From assembly GCA_963733375.1 (NCBI GenBank), contig CAVTDB010000010.1:30717-94716 (forward strand): a stretch of DNA of 64,000 bases, read 5' to 3'. The notes under the pieces were generated by a model that worked only from the letters and a program-made list of their open reading frames with translations, searched no databases and was not told the origin of the DNA. This DNA is from Nitrospirota bacterium (GTDB taxonomy: Bacteria; Nitrospirota; JACRHJ01). This document shows, piece after piece, positions 1 through 10,338 of the stretch (the stretch's first letter is position 1; the number at the start of each line of letters is the position of its first letter). Made by a program: the position numbers and the translations under genes.

Positions 1-590
1 AATTCAAGTCCGGGGCTCCGACCTGCTATGGCGTCACTTTTTACAGGCTGGACAAGGACTTCAACCTCTACCAGCGCGTGGACTCGGAGAAGATGGACTG
101 GGAAGCGGGCAAATGGGTGCTTTTAAAAGGAATCGCATACGATTTCAAGCCGGGCGGCGGCATACGGATGAAAAAGTTCGACAGGTTGGCTATAAACCTT
201 CCGGAGAAACCGGACGATTTCAAGAGGGTGGAACGGCTGTCTGAAGAGATGGATTTCTCGGAGCTCCAGAATTATATAGCAATGCTCCACAGGGAAGGGT
301 ACAACCCGGTAAAATATATGGTGGACCTTTACGGGAAGGTATCGTTCACGCTGGCCAACCTGATAATGGTCATCGTAGCCGTGCCGTTTTCGCTGAGGAC
401 CTCACGGAGCGGCGGGATGGCCCTTGGCGTCGCCATTTGCGTCGTCCTCGCCATCAGTTACTGGTTTCTTTATTCCTTCTCCATCTCGCTTGGGCACGCG
501 GGCAGGTTCCCCCCGCTGTTCGCGGCATGGTTCTCAAACGCACTTTTCTGCGCGTCGGGAATTTACTTGTACATACAGGCGGACAGATAG
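1..590 (+). CDS. lptG: LPS export ABC transporter permease LptG/LptF family, 5'-truncated by window edge
   Basis: C-terminal LptF/G pattern: EEMDFSEL..YI..L, K.SF..ANLIM...AVPF, RSGG, GHAGRFPPLFAAW.N. Confidence 0.8.
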   Translation, partial: FKSGAPTCYGVTFYRLDKDFNLYQRVDSEKMDWEAGKWVLLKGIAYDFKPGGGIRMKKFDRLAINLPEKPDDFKRVERLSEEMDFSELQNYIAMLHREGYNPVKYMVDLYGKVSFTLANLIMVIVAVPFSLRTSRSGGMALGVAICVVLAISYWFLYSFSISLGHAGRFPPLFAAWFSNALFCASGIYLYIQADR

Positions 591-727
591 AAAGCTTAAG
601 CTTCTTCCAATGAAAGACTCTTCCGTTCTCCCTGTTAATTGTAACCTTATGTACGGCAAAATTGTCTCTCGTAATTATTGCAACTATTATGGCAATCTCA
701 TAATAGAGATGTACGAAAAGAGGATAT

Positions 728-2497
728 GTGATTAAAATCGCGGCCATCATCATCCTGACGGCTCTCATCTTTGTTTATGACCTGAACACCCCCCACGGGA
801 TGTCCGTCTCTCTTTTGTACCTCATACCTTTTAGCCTTTCAGGGATGCTCACAGGGAAAAAATTCGCCTTCGCCTTCGCGGGCGTCACAACGGCGCTCGT
901 GATAGCGGGATATTTCCTTGCGGCGGCGCCCAACTTCCCGGTGGTCAGCGAGATTAACAGGTCGCTGACCGTCCTGGTGGGGTGGGGGATACTGGTCGGC
1001 TTGATGCAGCGGAAGAGAGTCCTCAGTGAGCTTTCCGAGGCAAACGCCAGATTGAAGGCCATTTTCGACTCCTCGCCAAATGGCATAATAGTGCTCGACC
1101 CGGAAGGGAATGTGCTAGACTGGAACCGCGGGAGCCCAGGACATTTTCGGTTACGCTCCCGAAGAAGTAAAGGGACGCCCTTACCCGATCGCACCGGCAG
1201 AGGACTTCCGAAAGAACCTTGATTCGGCGCTTGCCGGAAATACGTTAAAAAACATCGAAATCTCCCGCAGGCGTAAAGACGGCAAAACGGTGCATATACT
1301 TCATTCGCACGCCCCGCTCCGGGATGCGGAAGGAAACATTTACGGCGCCTTAGGGATTTTTATCGACCTCACCGAAAAGAAACGGGCCGAAGCGGAAATT
1401 GAAAAAGCCAACGCGAAGTTGAAGGCTATATTTGAATGCGCGCCGGTGGCGATAATAGCGCTTGATCCGGACGGGAACGTCCTCGACTGGAACCGTGGGG
1501 CTCAGGATATATTCGGTTATGAGGCCAAAGAAGTGATAGGCCGCCCTTATCCCATAGTGGCGGAAGAGGACTTCGATTCGCTCAAAAAAAACCTGGATAC
1601 GCTGTTCGGAGGAAAGTCAATATTTAACATGGAACTTCCCCGGAAGAGAAAAGACGGAAAGATAATACAGACGCTTGGTTCGGGCGCCCCGCTAAGAGAT
1701 GCGAAGGGATATGTTGTGGGCACCCTGGTGACTTTTTTCGATCTTACCGAGAAGAAACGGGCCGAGGCGGATATCGAGAGATTGAATATCGAAGTAACCG
1801 AAAGAACGATGATTGAACGGGAAAGGGAGGACCTCTCCGCGATGATAATCCACGACCTGAAATCCCCGTTGACGGCGATGATGGCTTATACCGACATGCT
1901 TATCGAAAACAGGATCGAAGATAAAAAAGAGGCCTTAAAGATAATCCGGCAAGGCTCTGAAAAGATATTGGGAATGGTGGAAGATTACCTGACCGTTTAC
2001 AGGTCTCATGCGGTCAAGCTTGAGCTTCAGATGATGCCGGAAGAAATCGTAAATATCTTAAGAGGGCTTGAAAAGGACTTCCAGCGCCCTGGCGGAAAAA
2101 AAGGAATTCCGCCTGAAATTTGCCTTCGCGGACTCGCCCAAGGCGGTAATAGATAAAAAACAGTTCGGAAGGGCAGTATCGAACCTCGTCGAGAACGCCA
2201 TCAAATTTACCCCGAAGGGCGGCTCAATCACGTTATCCATGGAAGCGTCAGAGAGCGATTTTACCGTCTCCGTAAGCGATACCGGCCCCGGAATAATGCC
2301 TGAGGAGCAAGATGGATATCTTCCAGAAGCATTACCGTTCCAGCATGGCCATGGGCACCAAGGGCGCGGGCCTGGGCCTGGCAATCGTAAAAGCGATCGC
2401 GGAGGCCCACGGCGGGAAAATCACCTTTGAGAATAACCCCGGCTCAGGAAGCACTTTTAAGCTTACAATCCCTCTGCGGCAGGAAAATGCGGAATAA
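728..2497 (+). CDS. Membrane PAS-PAS sensor histidine kinase (split by apparent indels)
   Basis: N-terminal TM region; two similar PAS repeats (IIxLDPxGNVLDWNRG); H-box HDLKSPLT; N-box NLVENAIKFT; G1 DTGPG; G2 GAGLGLAIVK across four overlapping ORFs. Confidence 0.85.
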
Positions 2498-2583
2498 CCG
2501 GACGGCTGCCCAGGGGGCCGGGCGTTCCCCCGCGGCAGCCCTCAGCGCGTAAGCGTGTGCCCCGGATCCCGCTATTCCCCTCT

Positions 2584-3069
2584 TTATATTGCGACAGCTT
2601 CCTCTTCCGGCTTGTAAAGCTCGGCCTTGGTTATGATGACGTCACAGGGCGCGCCCTTGATTATCTTGTCCACGTTCCTGCCGAAAAGCATATGCTCCAG
2701 CCTCGATTCGTCGTGGTGCCCGAGCACTATCAAATCCACCTTTTTCTCCCTGGCCACCCGGAGTATCGCCTTCACCGGGTCTTCATTCGATACAACCTCG
2801 ACCTCTTCGATATTCAACCTGTTTCTTAGCTCCCTGAGTCTCGCGGCCACGAAATAATCAAGGTCCTTTATCGCCTCCTTACGCAGGACCTCCAGGTCTT
2901 TTTTATAGAGTACGCCGCCTGGGCTGTCGAATATCCTCGGTATCTGCCTGTAGACATTAAGCACATAGAGCCGCCCCCCGAAGGCCTCGGCCTGGGCCAC
3001 TGCTTTCTGGAGCGCCTTTTCCGAGGAAGCTGAGAAGCTTATGGGAACAAGTATCTTGTAGTCTTTCAT
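2584..3069 (-). CDS. Universal stress protein (UspA family)
   Basis: YKILVPISFSASS start; DLIVLG; LFGRNVDKIIKGAPCDVII. Confidence 0.9.
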   Translation of the reverse strand: MKDYKILVPISFSASSEKALQKAVAQAEAFGGRLYVLNVYRQIPRIFDSPGGVLYKKDLEVLRKEAIKDLDYFVAARLRELRNRLNIEEVEVVSNEDPVKAILRVAREKKVDLIVLGHHDESRLEHMLFGRNVDKIIKGAPCDVIITKAELYKPEEEAVAI

Positions 3070-3150
3070 CCTTAAACCTCCTTAAATCCCAAAACCCCCG
3101 GCTTCGCCTCCCTTTCTGATTCTTAAAAGGAGCACAGGGGACGTTACTGA

Positions 3151-3627
3151 TTACGCCGCTTTCCTTGTCGCCTCGATAATAAGTGGACGGACGAGGCGGA
3201 AGAAGTCCGTGTAGGCCATCCTGATAGCCTCGTGGTGCGTCCCTGCGTTGAACACTATATTTTTATCCTCCCGGAGCGCGCTGTCGGCATAGACCGGCAG
3301 TCCGTAAAGGTTCCCGAAAGGCGGCATCGCCCCCGCCTCGCAGTCCGGAAATATCTTCTTTATCTCCTCTTCGGTCGCGAGCGCCACCATCCTGAAGCCT
3401 AAATCGGCCCGGAGAGCCGCCACGTCCACCCGCCTGTCCGCCGGGAGAACGGCCATCAGGTAGCCCGTGTCGCTTTTCAGTATCACCGACTTCGCCAGGT
3501 TTTTGCCGCTTACGTGCATAGTCGATGCTATCTCCTGCGCGGTATATGCCTCACCGTGCCGGAGCATCTCGTAGCGCACCCCGCTTTCATCCAGGTATTT
3601 TTTAAGTTTTTCGGTTATCATATCCAT
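3151..3627 (-). CDS. YbaK/EbsC family aminoacyl-tRNA deacylase-like protein
   Basis: H.EAYTAQEIA, AKSVIL, FPDCEAGAMPPFG, FNAGTH; ATG at 3627. Confidence 0.9.
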   Translation of the reverse strand: MDMITEKLKKYLDESGVRYEMLRHGEAYTAQEIASTMHVSGKNLAKSVILKSDTGYLMAVLPADRRVDVAALRADLGFRMVALATEEEIKKIFPDCEAGAMPPFGNLYGLPVYADSALREDKNIVFNAGTHHEAIRMAYTDFFRLVRPLIIEATRKAA

Positions 3628-3634
3628 TCTCCCA

Positions 3635-4084
3635 CTATAATTTTTTAGCCGCCGTCCGATCAAGAGAAAATCTCCCGCCGCCCTTTATTGCCAGGGCGAT
3701 TGCCGCCGCGAACGCCAGAATATGGTACTCGAAACCTTCCTTACCCGCGGGCATCCGGCCGAACCAGTTCATGAAAAAGCCGTTCTGCCAGTGCACCATG
3801 TATACCGCGACAACCATCACCACCGCGATCCCTAAAGCAGAAATGCGCGTCAGGAACCCTAATATCAGGAAAAGCCCGCCCAGGAATTCGGCGGCAATGT
3901 CAAGCGCCGCAAAAAATGGCGGGATTCCCATCCCGGCAAACATCTTGAAAGTGCCGGAAAGCCCCGGCCCTCCGAATAAACCCAGGACCTTCTGCGAGCC
4001 ATGTGCCAGGAATACAATTCCCAGCGCGAGCCTTAAAACAAGCATCGCCCAGGAGTCCTCGGTTATGAACAGTTTTCTCAGCAC
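3635..4084 (-). CDS. DoxX family membrane protein
   Basis: LRLALGIVFLAHGSQK, EFLGG..LILGFLTR, GFEYH, GGGRFSLD. Confidence 0.9.
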   Translation of the reverse strand: MLRKLFITEDSWAMLVLRLALGIVFLAHGSQKVLGLFGGPGLSGTFKMFAGMGIPPFFAALDIAAEFLGGLFLILGFLTRISALGIAVVMVVAVYMVHWQNGFFMNWFGRMPAGKEGFEYHILAFAAAIALAIKGGGRFSLDRTAAKKL

Positions 4085-4206
4085 CTATTACCACCCCCTT
4101 ATATAATTTTATCACTAACAGGATAAATTTGCAGTGCCGCAAGGGTAGGATTACGGCGGCAAAAGTGATATAATTATAAATAGATAATGGTTTATGAGGT
4201 GCGGAA

Positions 4207-4477
4207 ATGAAGCACAACATGGGTAGGACGGAAAAGCTGGTCCGTCTGGTCGGCGGGCTGGTCTTCGTTTATCATCGGCTGGCTTGTCCTTAAAGGCTAC
4301 ACGTTGTTGATCTCAGTGGTCACTGCCACAACGGTCATCGGCTTTATCCTGGCTTTCGCGGGGGGTGTGATATTCCTGACCGGATTAGCCTCCTGGTGCC
4401 CTTTAAATGCGCTCTTCAAGCATAATTCTTGCGAAGCCTGCAAGATTGGAGAGAGCCACAGGCACTTGCCGGTATAA
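4207..4477 (+). CDS. DUF2892 (YgaP-like) small membrane protein, one apparent frameshift; absent from ORF track
   Basis: Manual translation MKHNMGRTEKLVRLVGG...FLTGLASWCPLNALFKHNSCEACKIGESHRHLPV*, matching the NxGxxDR/WCP pattern. Confidence 0.7.
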
Positions 4478-4777
4478 GGTTAAAAAGACGGATCATGAAC
4501 GGCGACTGTGCTCCGGATAGTTTTTGCGGCAGGTTCGAGGCCCGCCCTGAAGCGCATTTGCCGGAGAACATTCGATGTTTAATGACAGGCCGAATTTTAT
4601 TTTAGGCGGACAGCAACTTTCGCGAAGCGTGAAACTTCGATTCCAGTGTCTTTTTTGTTTACAGGAGACGTTCCCAATAATCTTATTAGCTTGATTTCAT
4701 CGCCGCCAAGTGTTATATATCATGGGACTGAAACTCTTTTTGCAATAAGTCCGAAAGGTTGAGTAGAAAATAACAAA

Positions 4778-5566
4778 ATGAACAAGAATTCGATATCCGT
4801 CGTCATACCCTGCTTTAATGAATCCCTGACAATCTATAAAAATATTGAAAAGATTAAGGACTATCTCGAAAAAAGATTTTCCCGTTATGAGATTATCGCC
4901 GTAAACGACGGAAGTGCGGACGATACTTGGGAAGAGCTGGAGAAGCTCCGGAACGACTTTGGAATCTTTATAATAAACAAGAAAAAAAATGAAGGCAAAG
5001 GCCGCGCGGTCAGGGACGGGGTCGCGGCGAGCCGGTTCGATTTCGTATTGTTCCTTGACGCCGACCTTGCCATTCCCATCGAGGAGCTGGCGAAATTTAT
5101 GGACGAAGCCGAATCCGGGACGGATATGGTCATTGCTTCCAGGTTCGTGCCCGGGTTGAAGATAATCAAGCCCGTCCTGTGGTACAGGAAGATAATGGAA
5201 CGGACATTCCGCCTGATAAGGATGGTTATAATAAATAATTACCAGGTAAAAGACACGCAGTGCGGTTTCAAGCTCTTTCAGGGGAAGTGCGCCAGGAAGG
5301 TCTTCCCGTTACTCAGTATCAAGAGGTTTGCGTTCGACGCCGAGATCGTATTTATTGCCCGCAAATTGAATTTTAAGATCAAGGAACTGCCCATATCCCT
5401 GCAGAATCCCGAAAGGTCAAGTATCCGCATATTCCGCGATTCTCTTAATATGTTGATAGACCTTTTAAAAATCCGCTGGAACGACTTGAATAACGTTTAT
5501 GCCGGCGAGCCAGCCAAAAAAATGATGGTCCAGACGGAAAAAGTCATGGAGGAAGACCTGAACTAG
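4778..5566 (+). CDS. GT2 glycosyltransferase (dolichyl-phosphate glucosyl/mannosyltransferase-like)
   Basis: SVVIPCFNE, VNDGSAD, GKGRAV, DAD, DTQCGFKLF, FAFDAE. Confidence 0.9.
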   Translation: MNKNSISVVIPCFNESLTIYKNIEKIKDYLEKRFSRYEIIAVNDGSADDTWEELEKLRNDFGIFIINKKKNEGKGRAVRDGVAASRFDFVLFLDADLAIPIEELAKFMDEAESGTDMVIASRFVPGLKIIKPVLWYRKIMERTFRLIRMVIINNYQVKDTQCGFKLFQGKCARKVFPLLSIKRFAFDAEIVFIARKLNFKIKELPISLQNPERSSIRIFRDSLNMLIDLLKIRWNDLNNVYAGEPAKKMMVQTEKVMEEDLN

Positions 5567-5598
5567 CTCCCCCGCCTGAAGCCTCTCCTGAATAATTC

Positions 5599-5628
5599 TT
5601 GACTTATTTTTTAAAAAGCCTGTATAAT
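5599..5628 (+). promoter_or_regulatory. Sigma-70-like promoter for the two-component operon
   Basis: TTGACT-N18-TATAAT about 23 bp upstream of ATG 5652. Confidence 0.55.
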
Positions 5629-5651
5629 AGCGAAATTAAAGGCAAAATTGC

Positions 5652-7178
5652 ATGAAATTTAAAAGTCTTCGCACCAGGATTACCGTCTGGACGATTACCG
5701 CTATGCTTCTGATCCCCGTGTTCGTGGGGATGGTTATAGTCGTGAAGCAATTCGCGCTCGCCTCGCAGTTCTCCAAGACCATCAACCAATCCGACAGGAT
5801 AGTCAAGACGACGCTCGTCCGGGACATGGAACAGGCCATGATGGTCAACCAGCTTGACGGGGTAAAGTCCGTCCTGCAGAAGTTTGCGGGCTTTGAGGGC
5901 GTACGGAGCGTGAGCCTTGTCAACTCCCGCGGGGAGCAGGTCATCTCCATCGGGGACAAAACGCCGAGGATAGATCCCTATCAGATGAACGAAGTCCTTG
6001 GGAGGGGGTTGGAAGTAACCTCTTTCTCGCACGAAGGCGAGGACTCGGTGCGGCTTTTGGCCCTGCCCTTAATGAACAAGGGGAAATGCCGCAGCTGCCA
6101 TGCGCAGGGGCAAGTGAACGGGGCGTTGATTATCAAGCAGCGCTCGGTGGACGTGATGTCCGAGACCCGGTTCCTGGTCGCAATAATGCTGATATCGCTT
6201 TTAGTGGCCACGCTCGCCGCGGCCATTACTCTGTTGACCCTGCTTTCCAGAAACGTAGTGGGGCCTCTCCGGGAACTGTCAAAGGTCACGGAACGGGTGG
6301 GACAGTGCGACCTGGACCTCCGGGTGCCTGTTCAGGGCGAAGGCGAGGTGGGTGAACTGGGCCAGGCCTTCAACCGGATGATCCAGGACCTCAAGCGTTC
6401 GAGAGACGAGGTCGAGGATAGAAGCAGGCAGACCCGCGAGGCCTGCGAGTCTATGCAGGCGGCGCAGAAGAAGCTGATGCAGTCCGAGAAGCTGGCGGCT
6501 GTCGGGACGCTTGTGGCAGGCATCGCGCATGAAATAAACAACCCCACCGGGATAATCTCCTCCCGCGTGGACTGCATGTTATGGGAAGGGACTCCCGAAG
6601 GCCAGCTCAAAGACGACCTCATGGTGATAAACAGGCAGGCAGCCAGGATCGCGGAAATAACCCGGTCCCTCCTGACATTTGCGAGACAGGCCCCGACAGA
6701 CATGGGCCCGGTGGACGTAAATGCCATAGTGGAAGACACGATATTCCTGGTCATGAAGCAGTTTTTAAAAGAGAATATCCAGATAGAAAAACATCTATCC
6801 CCGAAATCCCCGAGAGTGAACGCAAACATGAACCAGCTTCAGCAGGTGCTCCTGGACCTCCTGAACAATGCGCGCGACGCGATGCCGCTCGGAGGTACGA
6901 TAATAATCGCGACCGCCCAGTCCGGAGACAGGGTCGAGATAACGCTTGCCGATACCGGAGAGGGTATCCCGGAGGAGATTCTTGACAACATCTTCGACCC
7001 GTTCTTTACCACGAAAGAAGTCGGCAAGGGCACCGGGTTAGGCCTTTCGGTAAGCTACGGGATAATCCAGGATTTCGGCGGCAGTATAGAGGTGGAGAGC
7101 AGGGCCGGGGAAGGCACCCGGTTCAACATAACCCTGCCGGGGCTCAAGGAGGAAGCTTGGACGAAGAGCGTGGCGTAA
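5652..7178 (+). CDS. HAMP-domain sensor histidine kinase with periplasmic CxxCH heme-c motif
   Basis: Two TM segments; CRSCH between them; HAMP ([12 protein letters not shown]); H-box AHEINNP; [16 protein letters not shown]. Confidence 0.9.
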   Translation: MKFKSLRTRITVWTITAMLLIPVFVGMVIVVKQFALASQFSKTINQSDRIVKTTLVRDMEQAMMVNQLDGVKSVLQKFAGFEGVRSVSLVNSRGEQVISIGDKTPRIDPYQMNEVLGRGLEVTSFSHEGEDSVRLLALPLMNKGKCRSCHAQGQVNGALIIKQRSVDVMSETRFLVAIMLISLLVATLAAAITLLTLLSRNVVGPLRELSKVTERVGQCDLDLRVPVQGEGEVGELGQAFNRMIQDLKRSRDEVEDRSRQTREACESMQAAQKKLMQSEKLAAVGTLVAGIAHEINNPTGIISSRVDCMLWEGTPEGQLKDDLMVINRQAARIAEITRSLLTFARQAPTDMGPVDVNAIVEDTIFLVMKQFLKENIQIEKHLSPKSPRVNANMNQLQQVLLDLLNNARDAMPLGGTIIIATAQSGDRVEITLADTGEGIPEEILDNIFDPFFTTKEVGKGTGLGLSVSYGIIQDFGGSIEVESRAGEGTRFNITLPGLKEEAWTKSVA

Positions 7179-8539
7179 AAGTCCTGGTAATAGACGACGA
7201 AGCGGACATGCTTGAGAGCTGCACCCGCATCATCCGGAGGCTGGGGTACGAGTGCATTACCATCCAGGACTCATCCGGGGCGGCTGAGGTAATCGGACGG
7301 CAGATGCCTTCGATCGTGCTTACAGATTTCGCCATGCCTGGCTTAAACGGCCTGGACATTCTCCGGCTCTGCCAGGAAATAAATCCGGACGGAATGGTTA
7401 TCCTCATCAGCGGATATGCCACTATCCCTAACGTGGTCGAGGCGATGAAGGAGGGCGCATTCGACTATCTGGCCAAGCCCTTTTCCGCCGATCAGCTAAA
7501 GGTGGCGCTGGAAAGGGCGGTAAGGCATCGTTGTCTCGCTGAAGAGAACCGTTATCTGCGAACTCAGCTCGCCCAGATCCACGGCCTTGATAATATGCTC
7601 GGCTCGTCGCTCGCCATGAGAAAAGTCTTCGACACCATCAGAAAGGTTTCCATCACCGAGACCAACATCCTGGTTTACGGCGAGTCGGGAACCGGTAAAG
7701 AGCTGGTAGCCAGGAGCATACACGTCAACAGCAACCGGAAGGATAAGCCTTTCGTACCGGTTGACTGCGCGTCGCTTCCGGAGAACCTTCTGGAGTCGGA
7801 GTTGTTCGGCTATGAAAAAGGCACCTTTACGGGAGCGGACTCGACGAGGCCCGGGCTTTTGGAATTTGCAAACGGAGGAACTTTTTTCCTGGACGAGATA
7901 GGCGAGATGGGGATGAACCTTCAGGCGAAGCTTCTGCGGGTCCTGCAGGAGAGGCAGTTCAGGCGGGTCGGCGGCAGGAAAATGATCGACGTCGATATAC
8001 GTTTAATTGCCGCTACTAACCGCGACCTGGAAGAAGGTGTAAGGAACGGGACTTTCCGGGAGGACCTGTACTACAGGCTGAACGTTATAAGCATAAAGCT
8101 TCCTCCGCTTCGGGAGAGGGTGGGTGATGTGCCCATGCTGGCGGACCATTTCCTGAGAGAGTTCACAAACTCTTCTCAGGGCGGCCCCACGGGTATCGCG
8201 CCCGAAGCCATGAAGCTCCTGGAGGAGTATGGATGGCCGGGAAACGTGCGGGAGCTTCAGAATGTCCTCTCGCGCGCCGTGACCCTCTGCACGGGCGAAA
8301 TAATCACTCCCGAAGACCTCCCGGAGCACATCCGGAACTCTGCGAAGCGCCAGGCGCCCGCAATAGAGGGGCTTTCTTTCAAGGAATCCAAGAAGCTCTG
8401 GCTGGTGGATTTCGAGAAGGAATACCTCTCCGACCTTTTGACCAGGAACGGGAACAATATCTCACGCGCGGCAAAAGAGGCGGGGATAGACCGAAAGACC
8501 ATCCACCGCCTCTTGAACAAGTACAAACTGAATGCTTGA
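7157..8539 (+). CDS. Sigma-54-dependent response regulator (NtrC/AtoC family)
   Basis: Receiver domain; GESGTGKE; ESELFGYEKGTFTGA; FFLDEIGE; WPGNVREL; Fis-type HTH. Confidence 0.95.
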   Translation: MDEERGVKVLVIDDEADMLESCTRIIRRLGYECITIQDSSGAAEVIGRQMPSIVLTDFAMPGLNGLDILRLCQEINPDGMVILISGYATIPNVVEAMKEGAFDYLAKPFSADQLKVALERAVRHRCLAEENRYLRTQLAQIHGLDNMLGSSLAMRKVFDTIRKVSITETNILVYGESGTGKELVARSIHVNSNRKDKPFVPVDCASLPENLLESELFGYEKGTFTGADSTRPGLLEFANGGTFFLDEIGEMGMNLQAKLLRVLQERQFRRVGGRKMIDVDIRLIAATNRDLEEGVRNGTFREDLYYRLNVISIKLPPLRERVGDVPMLADHFLREFTNSSQGGPTGIAPEAMKLLEEYGWPGNVRELQNVLSRAVTLCTGEIITPEDLPEHIRNSAKRQAPAIEGLSFKESKKLWLVDFEKEYLSDLLTRNGNNISRAAKEAGIDRKTIHRLLNKYKLNA

Positions 8540-8542
8540 GCC

Positions 8543-8914
8543 TCAGTTATAGTTTACTTCCACCTCCTCGGCCTCGGCCGATATCTCATCCTTAATATTG
8601 CACTTGGGGGTATAACGCTTGTAAAGAGCCTTGGCCGCGGCGTCGATGTCCTCCTTCGTGTAGAGATAGGCGAACCGGAACTGGCAACCCCCATCCTTTA
8701 ATTCCGCCGTGATGCAGGAGCCCTCCGCCGAAGTGACGTGCTCCAAAAGCCGCATCTTCAGGCTGTCCGCCTCGCCGACGTAAAAAGGCTTCAGGCTTCC
8801 ATCCTTCTGCATCTTCGAGATCTTGTAAATCCCGGATTTGTCATCCACCTTGCCCCGTATGACCTTTTCATCCACCGGAAAATATCCCTGCCAATCCAGT
8901 TGGAGCTTCCGCAT
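8543..8914 (-). CDS. Small GIY-YIG-like domain protein
   Basis: SGIYKI...FYVGEADSLKMRLLEH and C-terminal PKCN; own strong RBS. Confidence 0.55.
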   Translation of the reverse strand: MRKLQLDWQGYFPVDEKVIRGKVDDKSGIYKISKMQKDGSLKPFYVGEADSLKMRLLEHVTSAEGSCITAELKDGGCQFRFAYLYTKEDIDAAAKALYKRYTPKCNIKDEISAEAEEVEVNYN

Positions 8915-8983
8915 ATTTGCGCCTCCTCCTCGTTGTTCTTACTTAAAATTTATCACAGGAAGAGGAGCGGGGCAAGGAGGAGG

Positions 8984-10338
8984 CTAATTTATCACGCCCG
9001 CGTCTATGAGCAGGTTGAATTTCAGCACGGTATTAACGTCCGTACCATTCCTTATCTCCACCTCAGCCGCGTATTTCCTGACCGGCAGGTCAGTATCCGC
9101 CGTGGAGAGGCTGATCAACCCCGATCCGGTTGAGGGATTTGTCACATATGTGGTTATATCCCTCGGCGTAAGTGCGTATGTGATGTCCGCCGGCGTCGCC
9201 TTCGCCCCGAACCAGACCGTCCAGCCCGTCAAATCTTTCCCTATGGAATAAGGGATTGCCACCGAGTCCCCGCGCGTCACATGGACGTCCTTGCCCTGGG
9301 CGACAGTCTCATAGGACGCCGCGCCCTGGAACGGCAGTACAGTCACGTTCCCGGCGGCATTCCAGGCTCCCGTGCCATGCTTCGAGGAAAGGTACAAGTC
9401 GATGCTGGTAGAATTGACGTAGGCGTTGCTGCTTGTGAGCGTCCGTGCGCCGTTATTCCACACCGTTGATGCAACCGACGATGCTGAGGGTAAATTATTT
9501 AAAGATGTCTGCGAAGCTCGACTTGACACCTGCGCATCGAGGTTATTCAAACGAGAATCCGTGGCCAGCAGCGGATTCGTGGGAATGCTTTGAACCGTGC
9601 TCTTGAGGCCATGAACTCCCGCGCTGATATCGCTAAACGTCGGAAGCGTCGCTAACCACAGTACCGGCCGACATGCGGCTGGATATGGCCATGTCGAGAT
9701 TATTGAGCCTGCTGTCGGTGTATAGAAGCGGGTTCGTCGGAATGGCCGAGATATAAGTGTCGAGATAAGTAAGCCGGTGGTCGGTTGACAGCACCGGATT
9801 CGTTGGAATAGTTGCAGCCATAGTTGCAACTTTAGTGTTAGTAGTATGAACAATGCTCGTCATATTATTCCACGGTTGTACGCACGGCGACGAACGCCTG
9901 GGCCGCGCCTGACAGGTTGGCGCTTATCTCCGCGAACCGGGGGCCGGATGAAGCGTAATACGTGTCGATGTCATAGAGCCGGACCATCTCGGTGAACGTA
10001 CCGATCGCGGTGTTATTGTAGTAGTAAACCATCTTGTGGAAGCCGGGCGCGTTCGGGACTCGTGTAGCTGTGTAATCGCCGGTGGACTGGTTTCGAAAAT
10101 TCCACGACTGCACTATGGACGTACCATTCCTCCAACCCTTGACGGTGAACTTGGAAAGGTCGCAGTTCGTCCTGGGCGAGCCGTCCGCATTAAACATCTG
10201 GAACGCTTCGCTCATGGTCTTATTCACCGTGAAGTCGGCCAGCGCGCCAATCGAGAGCGTGAGCGTCAGGAGCAGCCCGGCCATGAAAAAATAGGTTTTC
10301 TGTCTTCGCTGCCGCTCTGGACAGGTAAGTCTTTTCAT
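8984..10338 (-). CDS. Signal-peptide protein with three IPTNPxLxTDxRLxxLD repeats and C-terminal BppU-like Ig domain (probably one gene with two indels)
   Basis: ORFs 9865-10338, 9633-9863 and 8984-~9640 join with single-base shifts; ATG overlaps the upstream TGA (ATGA); C-terminus DVHVTRGDS..DLTGWTVWF.AK. Confidence 0.55.
10294..10329. repeat. Single copy of the 35-bp host REP-like repeat
   Basis: ggttttctgtcttcgctgccgctctggacaggtaag is nearly identical to the copies at 36757 and 37121. Confidence 0.9.
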
